Part shown: positions 1 through 7,916 of the stretch, piece by piece
Layout of the letters: every line of letters begins with the position of its first letter
How positions within the stretch are numbered: the first letter of the stretch is position 1
Source of the DNA: Halomicronema hongdechloris C2206
Lineage (GTDB): Bacteria > Cyanobacteriota > Cyanobacteriia > Phormidesmidales > Phormidesmidaceae
DNA length: 32,000 bases
Direction of reading: 5' to 3'
NCBI RefSeq assembly: GCF_002075285.3
Contig: NZ_CP021983.2
Coordinates: forward strand, 4,920,001-4,952,000
Program-made: the position numbers and the translations under genes
The notes under the pieces: model-generated
What the model was told of the DNA's origin: nothing
Databases searched by the model: none
Seen by the model: the letters and a program-made list of their open reading frames with translations, nothing else

Positions 1-573
1 ATCAAATACAAATTCTGCGGGAGCCAGGCGATCGCGGATTTGCAGGATCAGCGATCGATTTTCTGCCTCACTTAAATAAGGAGACACCCCTTCCATCAGG
101 ATCAGCAGGGGCTGATCGACAGAGTGCTGGATCTGATCGATCCAGGAAAAATCGAGAATTGACGCTGGAATGAACCGATAGCGATCATTTTCTTGAAAAA
201 ACCTCTGGCGAAACTCAATCACTTCAGGAAAGTCAACGTCATACCAACGCACGCCGCCGTTATCCAGGCGGGTAAAGCGAGTACACAATCCGCAGCCCAG
301 GTTGACTACAACGGCATTGGGATGAGCCTTAAGGAATTGTTGGGTTATGTGATCGTATTCCTGCACTCGAACCACAACACCCAGTTGGGAAGCCCAGCCC
401 TTGGCATATTTGTCAAAGTCATAATTCGTTCGCTCGACAATTTCAACTGCTTCAGGATCTTGAAAAAAGCTATCCGAGCGCTGGGTCTCAACGTAGCGAG
501 CATACAGGGTAATCATTAGGGTTTCGGCTACCCCAGTTAATGGATCTGCGGATTCTTTCTGAGTGCTAGTCAT
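1..573 (-). CDS. Class I SAM-dependent methyltransferase (TcmP / leucine-carboxyl-MTase-like); C-terminus lies beyond the window edge
   Basis: Not in the ORF track because it leaves the window. Reverse-strand ATG at 573-571 opens MTSTQKESADPLTGVAETLMITLYARYVETQRSDSFFQDPEAVEIVE...NAVVVNLGCGLCTRFTRLD...LLILMEGVSPYLSE, with no stop down to nt 1. VVNLGCG is a SAM-binding motif I. Confidence 0.7.
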   Translation of the reverse strand, partial: MTSTQKESADPLTGVAETLMITLYARYVETQRSDSFFQDPEAVEIVERTNYDFDKYAKGWASQLGVVVRVQEYDHITQQFLKAHPNAVVVNLGCGLCTRFTRLDNGGVRWYDVDFPEVIEFRQRFFQENDRYRFIPASILDFSWIDQIQHSVDQPLLILMEGVSPYLSEAENRSLILQIRDRLAPAEFVFD

Positions 574-781
574 GGGTATTCACCGTTGTTTAGGTAGTGC
601 GATCGCAAGCCGACATGGGTCAAATCAGCCGTCTCAGGTCTGTATCATGCCCTTCTCTCAAGACCCGGTGCTTGGAAAAGCGCTGGATGGGCCTGATTAT
701 TAATGAGAATATCTCTCAATAGTTTAGGGATATTGTAACTTGACTAACGGTCAGTAGGGGCTCACAAACCATGACTCTGCT

Positions 782-2431
782 TCAGGTAGATGTCCCAAAA
801 ACTGCGCCTCCCCAGGCCAACAGCATTGAAAACGCGATCGCGGCGATCGCCTGGCGAGCCATCAGCCCCACTGCAAACCGCATCGACTGTTCGCGGGCAA
901 TGGTGAGTGCAGTGACCAAGCAGGGCAGCAACACCCCGGCCAGGTACACCCCCGTCAAGATTTGCAGGGGGGTGAGTACTGCCAATGTGTCTGGTTCGGC
1001 AAAGAGCAGCAGTCCGTCTTTGCGAATCGAGGCCAAGATCACAGGTACAGCCGCCTCTGGAGGCAGACCAAACAACCCCATCAGGGGATTGATCCAGCCT
1101 GCTAGAGCAATGATCAGACCGAGCCAGTCCAACACTGAAGCGATGACAGTAATCACTAAAAAGATGGGAATCGCATTGGTGAAAAACTGGCTGAGGGTGC
1201 TTTGGGTTTCGCGCCAGATGGCCGACCAGCGGGGCATTTCCAAAAAGGTGCGCCGCTCAATCATCAGGGCGTTGTGGGGAGAGCGGGCGGCTTTAGGCGC
1301 AATCAGGCGGGTGTAGATCAGCGTGGTCAGGGTCAAATAGCCCAGGTAGGGCACCACTAAACCGGGCAAATTGGCAGCGCTGAAGACCCCCAGGGTGGCC
1401 CCGAACTGGTAAGAACAGGCGGAGCCAAAAGCGATCGCACTCACACAGGTCTGCCGGGAACAACTGGAACAGGCGCGAGTGCTGATCACGGCGGGCACAT
1501 TGCAGCCAAACCCCATAATTACCCGCACCAAATCTCGCCCGGATAGGCCAAACGGTCTCAGGAGTGGATGCAGCGCTACGGTAAGGCGCTCCACCAATCC
1601 GCTGGCCTTGTATGCGCCTAGAAACAGGGCATACAGCATCACCGTCGGCACCGCCCAGACGAATAACAGCGGCCCCATGGTGACTAAGCCATAGCGGCCA
1701 ATCAAAATCGCCTCTAGCAGCGAGGGGGCCTGAGCTAGGACATTGACCAAAGGGGCTAATCCGGCTTGTATCAGTGGATCGAGCAGGCCCGCGACGCCAT
1801 TGGCAACCCAAACGGCAATGACCGCAGGCAACAGCAGCAATAGGATGGCCAGCAACCCACCCCAGCGGGGATGTTCCAACCAGGTGGGCGCGGGCTCGAT
1901 TCGCCAGCCCGCCGGAATCGGGTGCCATTGCTGGGGGAAGGGAACTGGAGTCTGCAACCCCTCTAGAATCTGCTGGCGTTGTCCTGGGCTTAAATGACGG
2001 GCATCTACAGGAATAAACTTCACCTGAAAGGTTTGCTCCCAACGGCCCACAACCTGCTGGGTGAAGTCAGAGGGCAATACCTTATCCCAGAAGGTGACGA
2101 TCACCAGCCCCTGTTTCCCAGCCACGAGCGGCAACAAATCCGCCAGATCATCATCCATGTGGGTCGCTTGAACGACTAACAAAATCCGGTCATGGGCCTG
2201 AAGTTGCGCCAGGGCAGTTCGGGTAGTGGCAGTGTCAGAGCGAAAGAGAATGCCGGGGGTGTCGATAAAGGCATTGTCTCGGGTCTGATAGGTCTCGCAG
2301 GCGATCGTCGAGCCCTGAATACTAGTGCTGGTGGGCGATCGCCCCGTGAGCGCTGCGGCCAGTTCAGATTTGCCGGTGCTTTCTTTGCCGACAATGACGG
2401 TGGTGCGTTGGGTGGGTGGTGCGGTGGGCAT
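782..2431 (-). CDS. feoB: FeoB-family GTPase-permease (short form, 549 aa)
   Basis: N-terminal small GTPase (P-loop GKESTGKS, DTPG) followed by a polytopic membrane domain. It carries the FeoB gate motif IMGFGCNVPAVISTR (E. coli FeoB has IVGFGCNVPSVMGAR). It lies downstream of, and on the same strand as, the operator-fronted flavoprotein gene. Confidence 0.8.
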   Translation of the reverse strand: MPTAPPTQRTTVIVGKESTGKSELAAALTGRSPTSTSIQGSTIACETYQTRDNAFIDTPGILFRSDTATTRTALAQLQAHDRILLVVQATHMDDDLADLLPLVAGKQGLVIVTFWDKVLPSDFTQQVVGRWEQTFQVKFIPVDARHLSPGQRQQILEGLQTPVPFPQQWHPIPAGWRIEPAPTWLEHPRWGGLLAILLLLLPAVIAVWVANGVAGLLDPLIQAGLAPLVNVLAQAPSLLEAILIGRYGLVTMGPLLFVWAVPTVMLYALFLGAYKASGLVERLTVALHPLLRPFGLSGRDLVRVIMGFGCNVPAVISTRACSSCSRQTCVSAIAFGSACSYQFGATLGVFSAANLPGLVVPYLGYLTLTTLIYTRLIAPKAARSPHNALMIERRTFLEMPRWSAIWRETQSTLSQFFTNAIPIFLVITVIASVLDWLGLIIALAGWINPLMGLFGLPPEAAVPVILASIRKDGLLLFAEPDTLAVLTPLQILTGVYLAGVLLPCLVTALTIAREQSMRFAVGLMARQAIAAIAFSMLLAWGGAVFGTST

Positions 2432-2540
2432 GGGGGATAGGTTGGAAGTGGATGGGTAGGGGGGAAAAGTTTTAAGTTCTTAGTTTTGTTCGCGCAGCGA
2501 CTCCAGAGGAGTAATTTTGAGTTGGCGGCTGAGTAGAAGA

Positions 2541-2561
2541 ATTCAAAATTCAAAATTCAAA
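2541..2561. repeat. Heptamer tandem repeat ATTCAAA x3 (STRR-like) in the flavoprotein/FeoB spacer
   Basis: Direct reading of attcaaa attcaaa attcaaa. Confidence 0.6.
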
Positions 2562-2566
2562 CCTTG

Positions 2567-3691
2567 CTAGCAGATACAGTCGTTGCTGCAGCAGGAGAGA
2601 TCGTCGAGGAAAAGTCCAGCCTCGCGGTAAGCCTCAAGGGGGGTGGGGTCGAGATCGAGGCGCTGGGCGATCGCATGGGCCACCACTGCAAAGCGCTGGC
2701 GGAACTTGTAGATGAAGCAGAAAATCAGGTCGCCATGGCGCACGGAAGGACCGCTCACAAAGAGACCTGGGGTGAGGGTAGATTCGTCATTTTCCGTGAG
2801 GGCGGCATAGCCCTCGGACCAATCGAATAGGGGAGCAATCTGCTTCAAGCTGGTGTCAAAACCGGTGCAGAGAATGGGGGGATGGGCCGTCACCCACTTC
2901 TGGTATTCGCTGTAGACCGCGTAGCCGCCGGGAACAGGTTTGACTTCTTCAATGGGGGCGTCACCCACCATGTCTAGGCGACCGGTGCGATAGACAAATT
3001 CCAGACGCTGCAGGGTGTAGGGCGATAGGGATACGCTGGGATCCGTGTCAGGATCGGCCCAGGCTCCAGTGCGATCAAGCACACCGACTTTCTTTCCCAG
3101 CGCGACTAAATTGGTAGCGGCATCCATGCCGCTTTCGTAACCGCCGATGATGAGGAATTCGTCGCCCTCTAGCTCCGCCCACGACCGAATTTGAGTGTTG
3201 TGGAGGCAGTGCTCTGCCCCCGGAAAGGGATTGAGCTGGGGGTATTGATATTCCCCGGCGGCCCAAATGACAAACTGGGTAGACAGGTCACCGCTGCTGG
3301 TGTGCAGGGTAAAGCCTCCCTGGGGCAAGGGCTCAACGGTTTTTACATCGACTTCTGTCTGAATTGGCAGCTCAAAATGATCGGCAACGGTCTGCAGGTA
3401 CAGGGCGTACTGCTTGCCGCTGATATGTTCGCGCCGAAATGCGATCGCAGGCGAAGTCTTCAAGGTCACTGCATTCAGGTCGAGCAGGCCAAAACCATGG
3501 CTTGGGAATGATGGGGTGATGAAGTTCATCTCCTGGGGCCAACGGCTAAAGGAGGCTCCGACCTGGTGTCTTTCTAAAATTGTGAAGTGCTCTAGACCCA
3601 GTTCTTTGAGCACGACGCCACAGCCGACGCCTGCCGCTCCGGCACCCACAATCACAACGTCATAGGACAGCTTCGTTTGGGGTTGGCTCAC
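2567..3691 (-). CDS. FAD/NAD(P)-binding oxidoreductase (pyridine-nucleotide-disulfide / flavin monooxygenase-like) with a C-terminal Cys cluster
   Basis: GTG start. Rossmann dinucleotide motif DVVIVGAGAAGVG at the N-terminus and a second one, LIIGGYESGMDAA. The protein ends in ...DDLSCCSNDCIC. A Fur-family operator lies about 30 nt upstream. Confidence 0.75.
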   Translation of the reverse strand: MSQPQTKLSYDVVIVGAGAAGVGCGVVLKELGLEHFTILERHQVGASFSRWPQEMNFITPSFPSHGFGLLDLNAVTLKTSPAIAFRREHISGKQYALYLQTVADHFELPIQTEVDVKTVEPLPQGGFTLHTSSGDLSTQFVIWAAGEYQYPQLNPFPGAEHCLHNTQIRSWAELEGDEFLIIGGYESGMDAATNLVALGKKVGVLDRTGAWADPDTDPSVSLSPYTLQRLEFVYRTGRLDMVGDAPIEEVKPVPGGYAVYSEYQKWVTAHPPILCTGFDTSLKQIAPLFDWSEGYAALTENDESTLTPGLFVSGPSVRHGDLIFCFIYKFRQRFAVVAHAIAQRLDLDPTPLEAYREAGLFLDDLSCCSNDCIC

Positions 3692-3724
3692 GCTGATTTA
3701 CCCGAATCACTGAGAATATTAGAA

Positions 3725-3739
3725 TGATAATCATTATCA
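3725..3739. promoter_or_regulatory. Fur-family (Zur-type) operator, copy 1
   Basis: Perfect 7-1-7 palindrome TGATAAT-C-ATTATCA. Extended 3719-3741 TTAGAATGATAATCATTATCAAA. Sits upstream of the 2567..3691 gene. Confidence 0.75.
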
Positions 3740-3829
3740 AATCTCTTGTCTAGGAAATGGGTACAAGGTTTCAGGTTCACGGTGTATGGCTCATGAAATA
3801 GGGGCACCTTGCACCGTACACCTTGCACC

Positions 3830-4073
3830 CTAAACCTCATCCATCAACGCCACTGTTGTCAGACCGAGGCCGATACCGACCGTAGCGAAAGCGCTCACTA
3901 CTGACAGCCGCTGCATCATTCCAGCACCAATCGAAGCTTTTTCGAGCCACTGGCGGCCAGACGGCGGCTAACCCCAGAATCGTGAGCACGGATGCCAACC
4001 CCAGGCTAAAGCCACCTAAAAGCACTAACCCGTAGGCGATTTGGTGTAAGGCGATCGCGCTCAGCAGCAGGCT
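3830..4073 (-). pseudogene. Orphan C-terminal fragment of an RcnA-like (Ni/Co efflux type) membrane protein, frameshifted, abutting IS630
   Basis: The frame opens exactly at the IS boundary: SLLLSAIALHQIAYGLVLLGGFSLGLASVLTILGLAAV. After a frameshift a second frame continues SGRQWLEKASIGAGMMQRLSVVSAFATVGIGLGLTTVALMDEV-stop. This resembles the last two helices of E. coli RcnA as I recall them. No N-terminal part is present. Confidence 0.35.
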
Positions 4074-4086
4074 TTATACTAATTCT

Positions 4087-4653
4087 CTAGATTCCAGCTA
4101 CAGATAAAGCCTCCAATATGGAGGCTCTCCCAGTAATCGAGGCAACCGTGGCTGAGGTCAATGCAAGCAACTGCTCCTTGATAAGGTGTCGCAGTTCATC
4201 TAAGGTTTTGAGTCGTTTCCAGCGCAGCCGCTTTTTGAGGTATTGCCACACTTGCTCAATGGGATTGCATTCCGGCGCATGGGCCGGTTGAAACATCAAG
4301 AGGAGATTGTCTGGTACCTGTAAGCGTTTGGCTTTGTGCCATCCGGCTTGAGCTAACTGGATGATTAAAATACTGTCGGGGTATTGCTGAGCGACCAGTT
4401 CCAGAAAACGCTGAAAGCAGTCGGTATTCCAGTGGGTGAATTCGTAGAAAAAATGCTCACCTGTCGCTGGCTCCACCACGCCGTAGAGATAGGTGGCCTG
4501 AAAGGTCCAACGAACTTTGCCCACGGGTTTGACCCCACGTGCCGTAATCCGTCGTCCCGTGAGGGTTTTCAAGCCAACGCGACTCTCATCCTGGCAGAAG
4601 CATCGCACCGAACCACTCCAGCCCAAGACACTGATGGCGAAGAACGCCAGCAT
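4087..4653 (-). CDS. IS630 transposase, DDE catalytic part (orfB)
   Basis: Contains CFCQDESRVGLKT ... LIIQLAQAGWHKA ... PAHAPECNPIEQVWQYLK, the typical IS630/Tc1 DDE_3 pattern. Its frame is +1 relative to orfA across the A7 run. Removing one A would fuse the two ORFs. Confidence 0.8.
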   Translation of the reverse strand: MLAFFAISVLGWSGSVRCFCQDESRVGLKTLTGRRITARGVKPVGKVRWTFQATYLYGVVEPATGEHFFYEFTHWNTDCFQRFLELVAQQYPDSILIIQLAQAGWHKAKRLQVPDNLLLMFQPAHAPECNPIEQVWQYLKKRLRWKRLKTLDELRHLIKEQLLALTSATVASITGRASILEALSVAGI

Positions 4654-4663
4654 CGCGAGGTTC

Positions 4664-5179
4664 TCAGCCAGTTTTTTTATATGCGACTATCTGCGCTTCG
4701 TCCGGTTTATCGCTTTTCGGCCGCACCACTTTGGGTGCAGCCCCAAGCCGGTAGTACACCCACTTATGAACCGTTTTGTACGGAGCCACAATCCCCAATT
4801 CCAGGGCCAACCATTGCCGGATCGCCTCGTAGCTCTCAAAGCCTTCCGGTTGCTCTAAACGATTTCGCAAGGCGGTTTCGGCCCAGTCGGGTAGCGTCGA
4901 TTTGCCGCCCGGATGGGGTTTGTGGCTCCGTAACGCTTCTAATCCCCCTTGGCGGTAACGCTTGGCCCATGTCTGTATCGTCACTCGATGACGTCCCAAC
5001 AATGAGGCCGCCGCTTGCTGTATCGTCTCGGCTTGCTCACTTTTGAGGAGGTAGAGCAGTTGAATCCGTTCTTTATCCGAGGCTGTTGTTTGATTTCTCA
5101 GAAGCGCTTTGAGCGCTTGCTCGCTTTCCGTTATTTCGAGGTGATAGACGCCTGACATCGCTCGTGTTGAGTGCTTCAA
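4664..5179 (-). CDS. IS630 transposase, N-terminal HTH part (orfA)
   Basis: 171 aa with helix-turn-helix-like segments (ETIQQAAASLLGRHRVTIQTWAKRYRQGG). It ends at an A7 run (T7 on the plus strand, 4672-4678), where the next frame continues. Confidence 0.8.
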   Translation of the reverse strand: MKHSTRAMSGVYHLEITESEQALKALLRNQTTASDKERIQLLYLLKSEQAETIQQAAASLLGRHRVTIQTWAKRYRQGGLEALRSHKPHPGGKSTLPDWAETALRNRLEQPEGFESYEAIRQWLALELGIVAPYKTVHKWVYYRLGAAPKVVRPKSDKPDEAQIVAYKKTG

Positions 5180-5220
5180 CTCCTGTCTAGCATCTGTAGC
5201 CTCTACTTACAGAATTGGTA

Positions 5221-6064
5221 TAAATCCAGCAAATAACTCTGCCACCCCTCATCGGGAATCAGTATCCACATGGCAACCAGGTTCCACGTGGCGGTTGCCA
5301 AAATGGGGGAGCGATCAGCATCAGGAACATCGGCCCAGGCGAGTTGCCGCACCTTGCCGGGCAGCCCTGCCAGCAGAGCGGGCAAATCTGCTTAATGATC
5401 CGAAGATTGCTTTAGGGCACGGACGTTGTCCCAGGTGAGGACGCCGACGCTGTTATCCTGATTGGCTGACGCCAAATAGGCTCCCTCGGAGGACCATTTT
5501 AAGATTCGACTGGCGGCCATCAGTTCCCATTCATATCGAGGGGAAATCCAGCGAGACGTTTCCCAAATTTGAATCCGTTGCTGAGCCGACACCGCTAGAT
5601 GAGTGCCATCGGGAGACCAGCCCAGATCTTGCACATTGGCGGGCAATTCCAGGGTGGCTAGGGTTTCACTCTGGTCAGCATCCCAAATATGAACCGTTTT
5701 GCCACAGTTGTAAGCGAGCCAGGGTTGATGGGGGTGCCACTGCAGGCGATCGAGCCAGGTTGAACCCCAGGTCAGCGTCTTTACCAACTCAGGTGAGTCA
5801 GCAGACAGCCGCCAGAGTGTCACCGCCCCGGCTTGCCCGGCTGCCGCCAACCACTGCCCCTTCCCCGGAAAACCCTAGGGCATCAATGGAAGCGCCATTG
5901 GCGGCCTGCAATATGGTTTCTTGAAAGTCTTGCCACAGAACCACCTCCCCGGCCCCAGAAGCGATCGCCAATCTATTCCCGACCGGCGACCAGACCAGGG
6001 CGGTAATGTACTCCGACAGCGATCGGTGAACCTGTAGTTCTACCAGGGATTTGAGAGAGAGCAT
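5221..6064 (-). pseudogene. WD40-repeat protein gene, disrupted (frameshift, in-frame stop, 3-prime end displaced by IS630)
   Basis: Three collinear ORF pieces (5798..6121, 5392..5850, 5203..5385) carry WD-type repeats (VTLWRL, VHIWDA, IQIWET, VGVLTW). Deleting one nt of the C4 run at 5863-5866 joins pieces 1 and 2 (..GFSGKGQWLAAAGQAGAVTLW..). TAA at 5392-5394 is in frame with piece 3. Piece 3 reads into the IS and stops at 5203-5205. A plausible ATG is at 6064-6062. Confidence 0.6.
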
Positions 6065-6133
6065 AATATAGCCTGAACCAATGGAATGGACTGACCTGCC
6101 GCCAGAAAATCTGACCCGCACGCCATAATAAAG

Positions 6134-6148
6134 TGATAATGATTATCA
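6134..6148. promoter_or_regulatory. Fur-family (Zur-type) operator, copy 2
   Basis: Perfect palindrome TGATAAT-G-ATTATCA. The reverse strand of 6133-6154 reads TTAGAATGATAATCATTATCAC. Sits about 70 nt upstream of the WD40 ATG. Confidence 0.7.
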
Positions 6149-6268
6149 TTCTAATTCAAGTCAGTCGTCAAGCTGTTAGGGAGCGATCGATTTCCGCTAA
6201 GGATCACCATAAGGTTGAATCTCATCGAGCCGGAAGCTGTAATTGGCCTGGTAGACCAGTTCACCCGA

Positions 6269-6853
6269 TCAGGCCGTGCGATCGCACCACCAGGGTTGTC
6301 GTAAAACAATCTGTTGACGTTTGGAATAGCAGAGGCTGCCCTGCTGTTCCAGATTTCGCATGAGTCGGGTTACCGTCACGCGGGTGGTGCCGATGGTTTC
6401 AGCCAGTTCCTGGTGGGTTAACCGCAGTTGAATCAACTGCCCGCCCTCGGCAGAGCAACCAAACTTCTGCCCCAGCCAGGTGAGCAGCAGTTGTAATCGC
6501 TGAGGAATGTTGCCCTGTCGCATGCGAATCAGCGCTTGCATCTGGTGCAGATGGGCCATCGTCACCTGCGGCAATTCCCGACACTGCTCAAGATGTAGCC
6601 GGACGGCTTCGACATCCATCAGACATTCCAACTCGCAGGGTTGAATGCCAATAAGCGGTTGTCCAGTAAAATCGCCCGTGCCCCAAAATCCCAGGGTAAT
6701 GGCGGTGCCCTCTTCAGACAGGGTCAACAAGCGGGCGGCTCCGGTCTTGAAATGCCAGAGGGTGTTTTTCCGCAGGGGAATGATCTCCCGACGTTTGAAT
6801 TGATGAATCACGGGCTGAGTCACCGGGGCTGGGGTGGAAGCAAACTGATGCAT
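6269..6853 (-). CDS. Crp/Fnr-family transcriptional regulator
   Basis: 194 aa with an N-terminal cNMP-binding-like beta-roll region and a C-terminal HTH (LTHQELAETIGTTRVTVTRLMRNLEQQG). Confidence 0.8.
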   Translation of the reverse strand: MHQFASTPAPVTQPVIHQFKRREIIPLRKNTLWHFKTGAARLLTLSEEGTAITLGFWGTGDFTGQPLIGIQPCELECLMDVEAVRLHLEQCRELPQVTMAHLHQMQALIRMRQGNIPQRLQLLLTWLGQKFGCSAEGGQLIQLRLTHQELAETIGTTRVTVTRLMRNLEQQGSLCYSKRQQIVLRQPWWCDRTA

Positions 6854-6991
6854 ACAACCTAAAAGCGAGCCGAATCCTCGCCAGCGTAATCTGACCTGTG
6901 ATGTCAGGGCATTCAGGACAAGTCAACACCCTAACGACCATGCAAATGACATTTATTCTCAACAAGCTTAGAATTTAAGTTAACACATTCC

Positions 6992-7402
6992 TCAAGATTG
7001 AGGAGGCAGCACGGGCGGAATGCGAGCAAGGATTCCTTTCTGTAATAGGGCCGGACGGTCTCTACGGGGGATCACTCCATCGCGGCTGGTCACATATTGG
7101 GTCGCCAACTGGACAATGGCCGTCGCGCTGTCGAGAGCGGGCAAATCGCCAAACATGAGGGTCGTCTTTGCGGGAGAGGCGATCGCGATGGCCGAGGGCC
7201 GGTCTCTGACCATCGCGCAGAACCGATTGCAAGCACTAAGGCACTCTACCGGTTGAACCCTGACAGTCGGCGGTAGTTGTCCTAGTTGCTGACACTGCAA
7301 TAAACTCTGCCACAGGTGATATCCACCCCGCTGCCCTCGGTATTCCCGTTGACCAATGGCAAAGGCGCAGGAAGTGCAAATAAATAACATGTGCTGAGAC
7401 AT
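6992..7402 (-). CDS. DUF1636-type predicted metal-binding protein (thioredoxin-like ferredoxin fold)
   Basis: Contains MLFICTSC..., VECLSACNRFC, FGDL and RPALLQKGILARIPP, which match my recollection of the DUF1636 pattern (CxxC ... ECLSAC.R.C ... FGDL ... KG.IARIPP). Confidence 0.7.
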   Translation of the reverse strand: MSQHMLFICTSCAFAIGQREYRGQRGGYHLWQSLLQCQQLGQLPPTVRVQPVECLSACNRFCAMVRDRPSAIAIASPAKTTLMFGDLPALDSATAIVQLATQYVTSRDGVIPRRDRPALLQKGILARIPPVLPPQS

Positions 7403-7497
7403 CGGATTTACTCCGTTTGAAATAGGCGGATGACACCGACCTGCTCAATGTCATCCAATGCTTTATGGGTTTTGTAAGGATGCTCAGTTTAATTTTT

Positions 7498-7899
7498 TTA
7501 TAAGGTAATGACCTGATCAGGGGGATTGCCGCTCAATGCGGTGTATAAGTCTGGAAAACAACCAACGGTTACTCCTTCAACCACATCTTTGACGATGCAC
7601 TTCCCCGGTTCTTTTCGCCCGGTTCCGTCAGGATTACACCAACGTGGTTCACCTTCTGCCAGGTTCCGTTCCAGGGCACATAGATCGCACATCATCAACA
7701 GAATGTTTCGTTTTTCTGCCACCTTTGCCAATCGTTCTCCAATCGGATCGCCCTTTCGCAAAACGAAGCAGTTTTCATCGAAGAAGAACATTCCCACAAC
7801 TTCAACTCCATGCACACCCATTTCTAGCTGTGGCAGAATCATTTGCCCTAACTTGTAAGTACCCCCGCGAGGATGGGTAAAAACATAAGCAACTTTCAT
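7498..7899 (-). CDS. DsrE/TusD-like family protein with extra Cys residues
   Basis: 133 aa, MKVAYVFTHP...VVGMFFFDENCFVL...ILLMMCDLCALERNL. The layout is like TusD/DsrE (FFY.DGV ... VCV.AA..RG). Only 17 nt separate it from the thrS stop, so co-transcription is likely. Confidence 0.55.
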   Translation of the reverse strand: MKVAYVFTHPRGGTYKLGQMILPQLEMGVHGVEVVGMFFFDENCFVLRKGDPIGERLAKVAEKRNILLMMCDLCALERNLAEGEPRWCNPDGTGRKEPGKCIVKDVVEGVTVGCFPDLYTALSGNPPDQVITL

Positions 7900-7916
7900 T
7901 TCATGTTCCTCTTGAT

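Larger units (their letters stand above)
4077..5220 (-). mobile_element. IS630-family insertion sequence (about 1.14 kb)
   Basis: Imperfect terminal inverted repeats: TACTAATTCT...GCTACAGAT at 4077 onward versus the reverse complement of 5220 backward, TACCAATTCT...GCTACAGAT. TA dinucleotides at 4075-4076 and 5221-5222 fit an IS630 TA target duplication. The two transposase ORFs are inside. Boundaries are uncertain by about 2 nt because the flanks continue the symmetry (TTTA/TAAA). Confidence 0.85.

Noticed and set aside
695-713. GATTATTAATGAGAATATC, a Fur-box-like AT-rich stretch upstream of the methyltransferase
   Set aside because: It matches the 19-nt Fur consensus at only about 11 positions and lacks the GAATGATAATCATT core shared by the four convincing operators.
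1293-2042. 249-aa ORF, plus several 60-180-aa ORFs on both strands (771..1316, 1479..1694, 1743..1997, 2176..2553, 2192..2440), inside or overlapping the FeoB-like gene
   Set aside because: These are shadow ORFs of a GC-rich gene. Their products are Arg/Pro/Gly/Ala-rich with no motifs, whereas the 782..2431 frame has clear FeoB signatures.
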